A stretch of DNA of 64,000 bases from positions 2,709,945-2,773,944 of the forward strand of contig OZ220464.1 in the NCBI GenBank assembly GCA_965115825.1. Reading direction: 5' to 3'. This DNA is from Dehalococcoidia bacterium (GTDB taxonomy: Bacteria > Chloroflexota > Dehalococcoidia > Lucifugimonadales > UBA3495). Numbering within the stretch: the stretch's first letter is position 1; each line of letters starts with the position of its first letter. Positions 62,672-64,000 of this stretch are shown here, piece after piece. A program made the position numbers and the translations under genes. A model generated the notes under the pieces. The model saw only the letters and a list, made by a program, of their open reading frames with translations. It ran no database searches and had not been told where the DNA came from.

Positions 62672-62749
62672 CAGTGGGTGGGAACGGGAGGGGAGGGTGT
62701 CCGGTGTGCTGCTGGGGATTTTGGGACGCTTGCTGCTGTTTCGGCCTCA

Positions 62750-62977
62750 GGCGGGATGTGTTGGTGGGCTTGTGTGGGCTGTGTGGTTTAGGATGATGAC
62801 GGAGTTTTGGCTTTGGGCGGGATGTGTTGGTGGGCTTGTTGTGTGCGCTGTGCGGTTTAGGATGATGACGGAGTTTCGGCTTGGGCGGGATGTGTTGGTA
62901 GGCTTGTGTGGGCTGTGTGGTTTAGGATGATGACGGAGTTTCGGTCTCGGGCGGGATGCGTTGGTCGGCTGACTGAC
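62750..62977 (+). repeat. 3.4 tandem copies of a ~66-bp unit (GGCGGGATGTGTTGGTGGGCTTGTGTGGGCTGTGTGGTTTAGGATGATGACGGAGTTT...)
   Basis: Units start at 62750, 62816, 62884 and 62950. A single diverged copy lies at ~62326-62400 after the first gene copy. Confidence 0.88.
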
Positions 62978-63036
62978 GTTGTAGGACATTTGGGGATGTT
63001 GAGGGCTGCTTTGGATGTGTTGCTGGGGCTCTGAGG

Positions 63037-63822
63037 ATGTTGAGGGCTGTTTCGGTTATGCTGTTGGAGATTTTGGAGCGGCGGCTGCTGTTTCGGCCTC
63101 GGCCGGTTTGCGCGGGTAGGCCCACGGACTTGGACATGGATTATGAGGAGAGCTGGGCGGAGACCGGGGACGGTCGGCGGCTGCAATGCTGGTATATTCC
63201 CGGTGATACGCAGCCGGATTTGACATGGTTGTGGTTTGGCGGCGTCGGCGGCAACCTCAGCCTTCGCGTTGGCGAGTTTGCGGCGGTGCGTAAATATACG
63301 GGGGCCAGTATCCTGGGGTTTGACTACGGCGGATTTGGGAACAGCCTGGGCAAGGCGTCGGTGCAGAACACCGCGGTTGACGCGCGAACTGCCCTGGGAC
63401 ACCTGCAAGAGCGATACGGGGTCGAGCCGCAGCGCACCTTGTATTTGGGGGTTTCAATGGGAGCGGCGGTAGCGATTCGGCTGGCGTCGGAAGGGGTTTC
63501 GCCCGGTGGTGTGGCGCTGGTGGGGCCTTTTGCGTCGCTGCGGGATATGGCGCGGCGGCAGTATCCGGCTCTGACGCTGGGCGGCTGGATGGTAGGCAAC
63601 CGTTACGACTCGCTGGCTTATGTGGGGGGCATAGGCTGCCCGCTGCTGATACTGCATGGCACGGAGGACGCAACTGTGCCGGTGGGGCAGGCGCGCAAGC
63701 TCTATGCGGCGGCGGCGGATCCCAAGGAGTTTGCGGAAATCGCCGGCGCGGGGCACCTGGATATTGGCGAGGCGCCGGAGTTCTGGGATGCGCTGTGTCG
63801 GTGGATGGACGGTTATTCTTAA
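63037..63822 (+). CDS. alpha/beta-fold hydrolase (BEM46/ABHD13-like)
   Basis: N-terminal LERRLLFRPRP, nucleophile elbow GVSMGAA, and C-terminal ILHGTEDATVP...AGAGHLD. Confidence 0.85.
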   Translation: MLRAVSVMLLEILERRLLFRPRPVCAGRPTDLDMDYEESWAETGDGRRLQCWYIPGDTQPDLTWLWFGGVGGNLSLRVGEFAAVRKYTGASILGFDYGGFGNSLGKASVQNTAVDARTALGHLQERYGVEPQRTLYLGVSMGAAVAIRLASEGVSPGGVALVGPFASLRDMARRQYPALTLGGWMVGNRYDSLAYVGGIGCPLLILHGTEDATVPVGQARKLYAAAADPKEFAEIAGAGHLDIGEAPEFWDALCRWMDGYS

Positions 63823-64000
63823 TATGCAATGACATTGGATTTTGCCCACTGTCGCCAGCACAGCGGCGCTGCGCTCCTGCCGTACACTTTGGTACGCTGA
63901 TGCTGCCGCCATCGGCTCAACTGCTTACGCCGCGCCGAATGCAGTCTCTCTTCAGGTTGCCGCTCCTCGTTTGGTTGCCACGCTCGGGTATGCTGGCAAC

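Noticed and set aside
63823-64000. Minus-strand open frame entering from beyond the window end and stopping at ~63820 (…RRKQLSRWRQHQRTKVYGRS…AY*)
   Set aside because: Only ~60 arginine-rich codons are visible with no recognisable motif, which is insufficient to call a gene.

Overview
GC-rich bacterial chromosomal segment, densely coding on both strands. I support about 55 protein genes, 3 tRNAs, one small CRISPR-like array and several repeat families. Housekeeping genes (ispH, gpsA, hemW-like, acs, tRNA-Pro/Ala/Arg) are interleaved with a paralogue-rich catabolic set. That set has 5 luciferase-like (LLM) flavin monooxygenases, 5 alpha/beta-fold hydrolases (one an epoxide hydrolase), 2 enoyl-CoA hydratases and an acyl-CoA dehydrogenase. 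It also has a Rieske oxygenase + LigB-type extradiol dioxygenase + amidohydrolase trio and an Aap-type amino-acid ABC transporter. By inference only, this gene content resembles marine Chloroflexota of the SAR202 type. Items that ordinary annotation would miss or mislabel: (1) a tandem pair of very divergent FtsZ/tubulin-like paralogues (13452-16621); (2) a redoxin gene split in the ORF track by an in-frame TGA at the CxxC position with a SECIS-like hairpin, a candidate selenoprotein (50988-51479); (3) an orphan 7-repeat CRISPR-like array with no cas genes in the window (59115-59503); (4) next to it, a G-depleted basic ORF with a ~430-nt structured leader behind a near-consensus promoter, bracketed by satellite arrays (56649-59000); (5) a promoter- and terminator-bounded ~365-nt structured RNA candidate of no class I can recognise (54088-54485); (6) a dispersed ~50-nt core repeat with 13 copies at 4 loci; (7) several genes carrying near-identical in-frame tandem repeats and segmental duplications; (8) conflict-type genes (NERD-SF1 helicase, HicAB plus a decayed duplicate, MNT-HEPN fusion, HsdR-N-like protein). 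Many long ORFs in the track are antisense shadows typical of GC-rich DNA and are rejected. All functional calls rest on motif recognition by eye. No database search was run.
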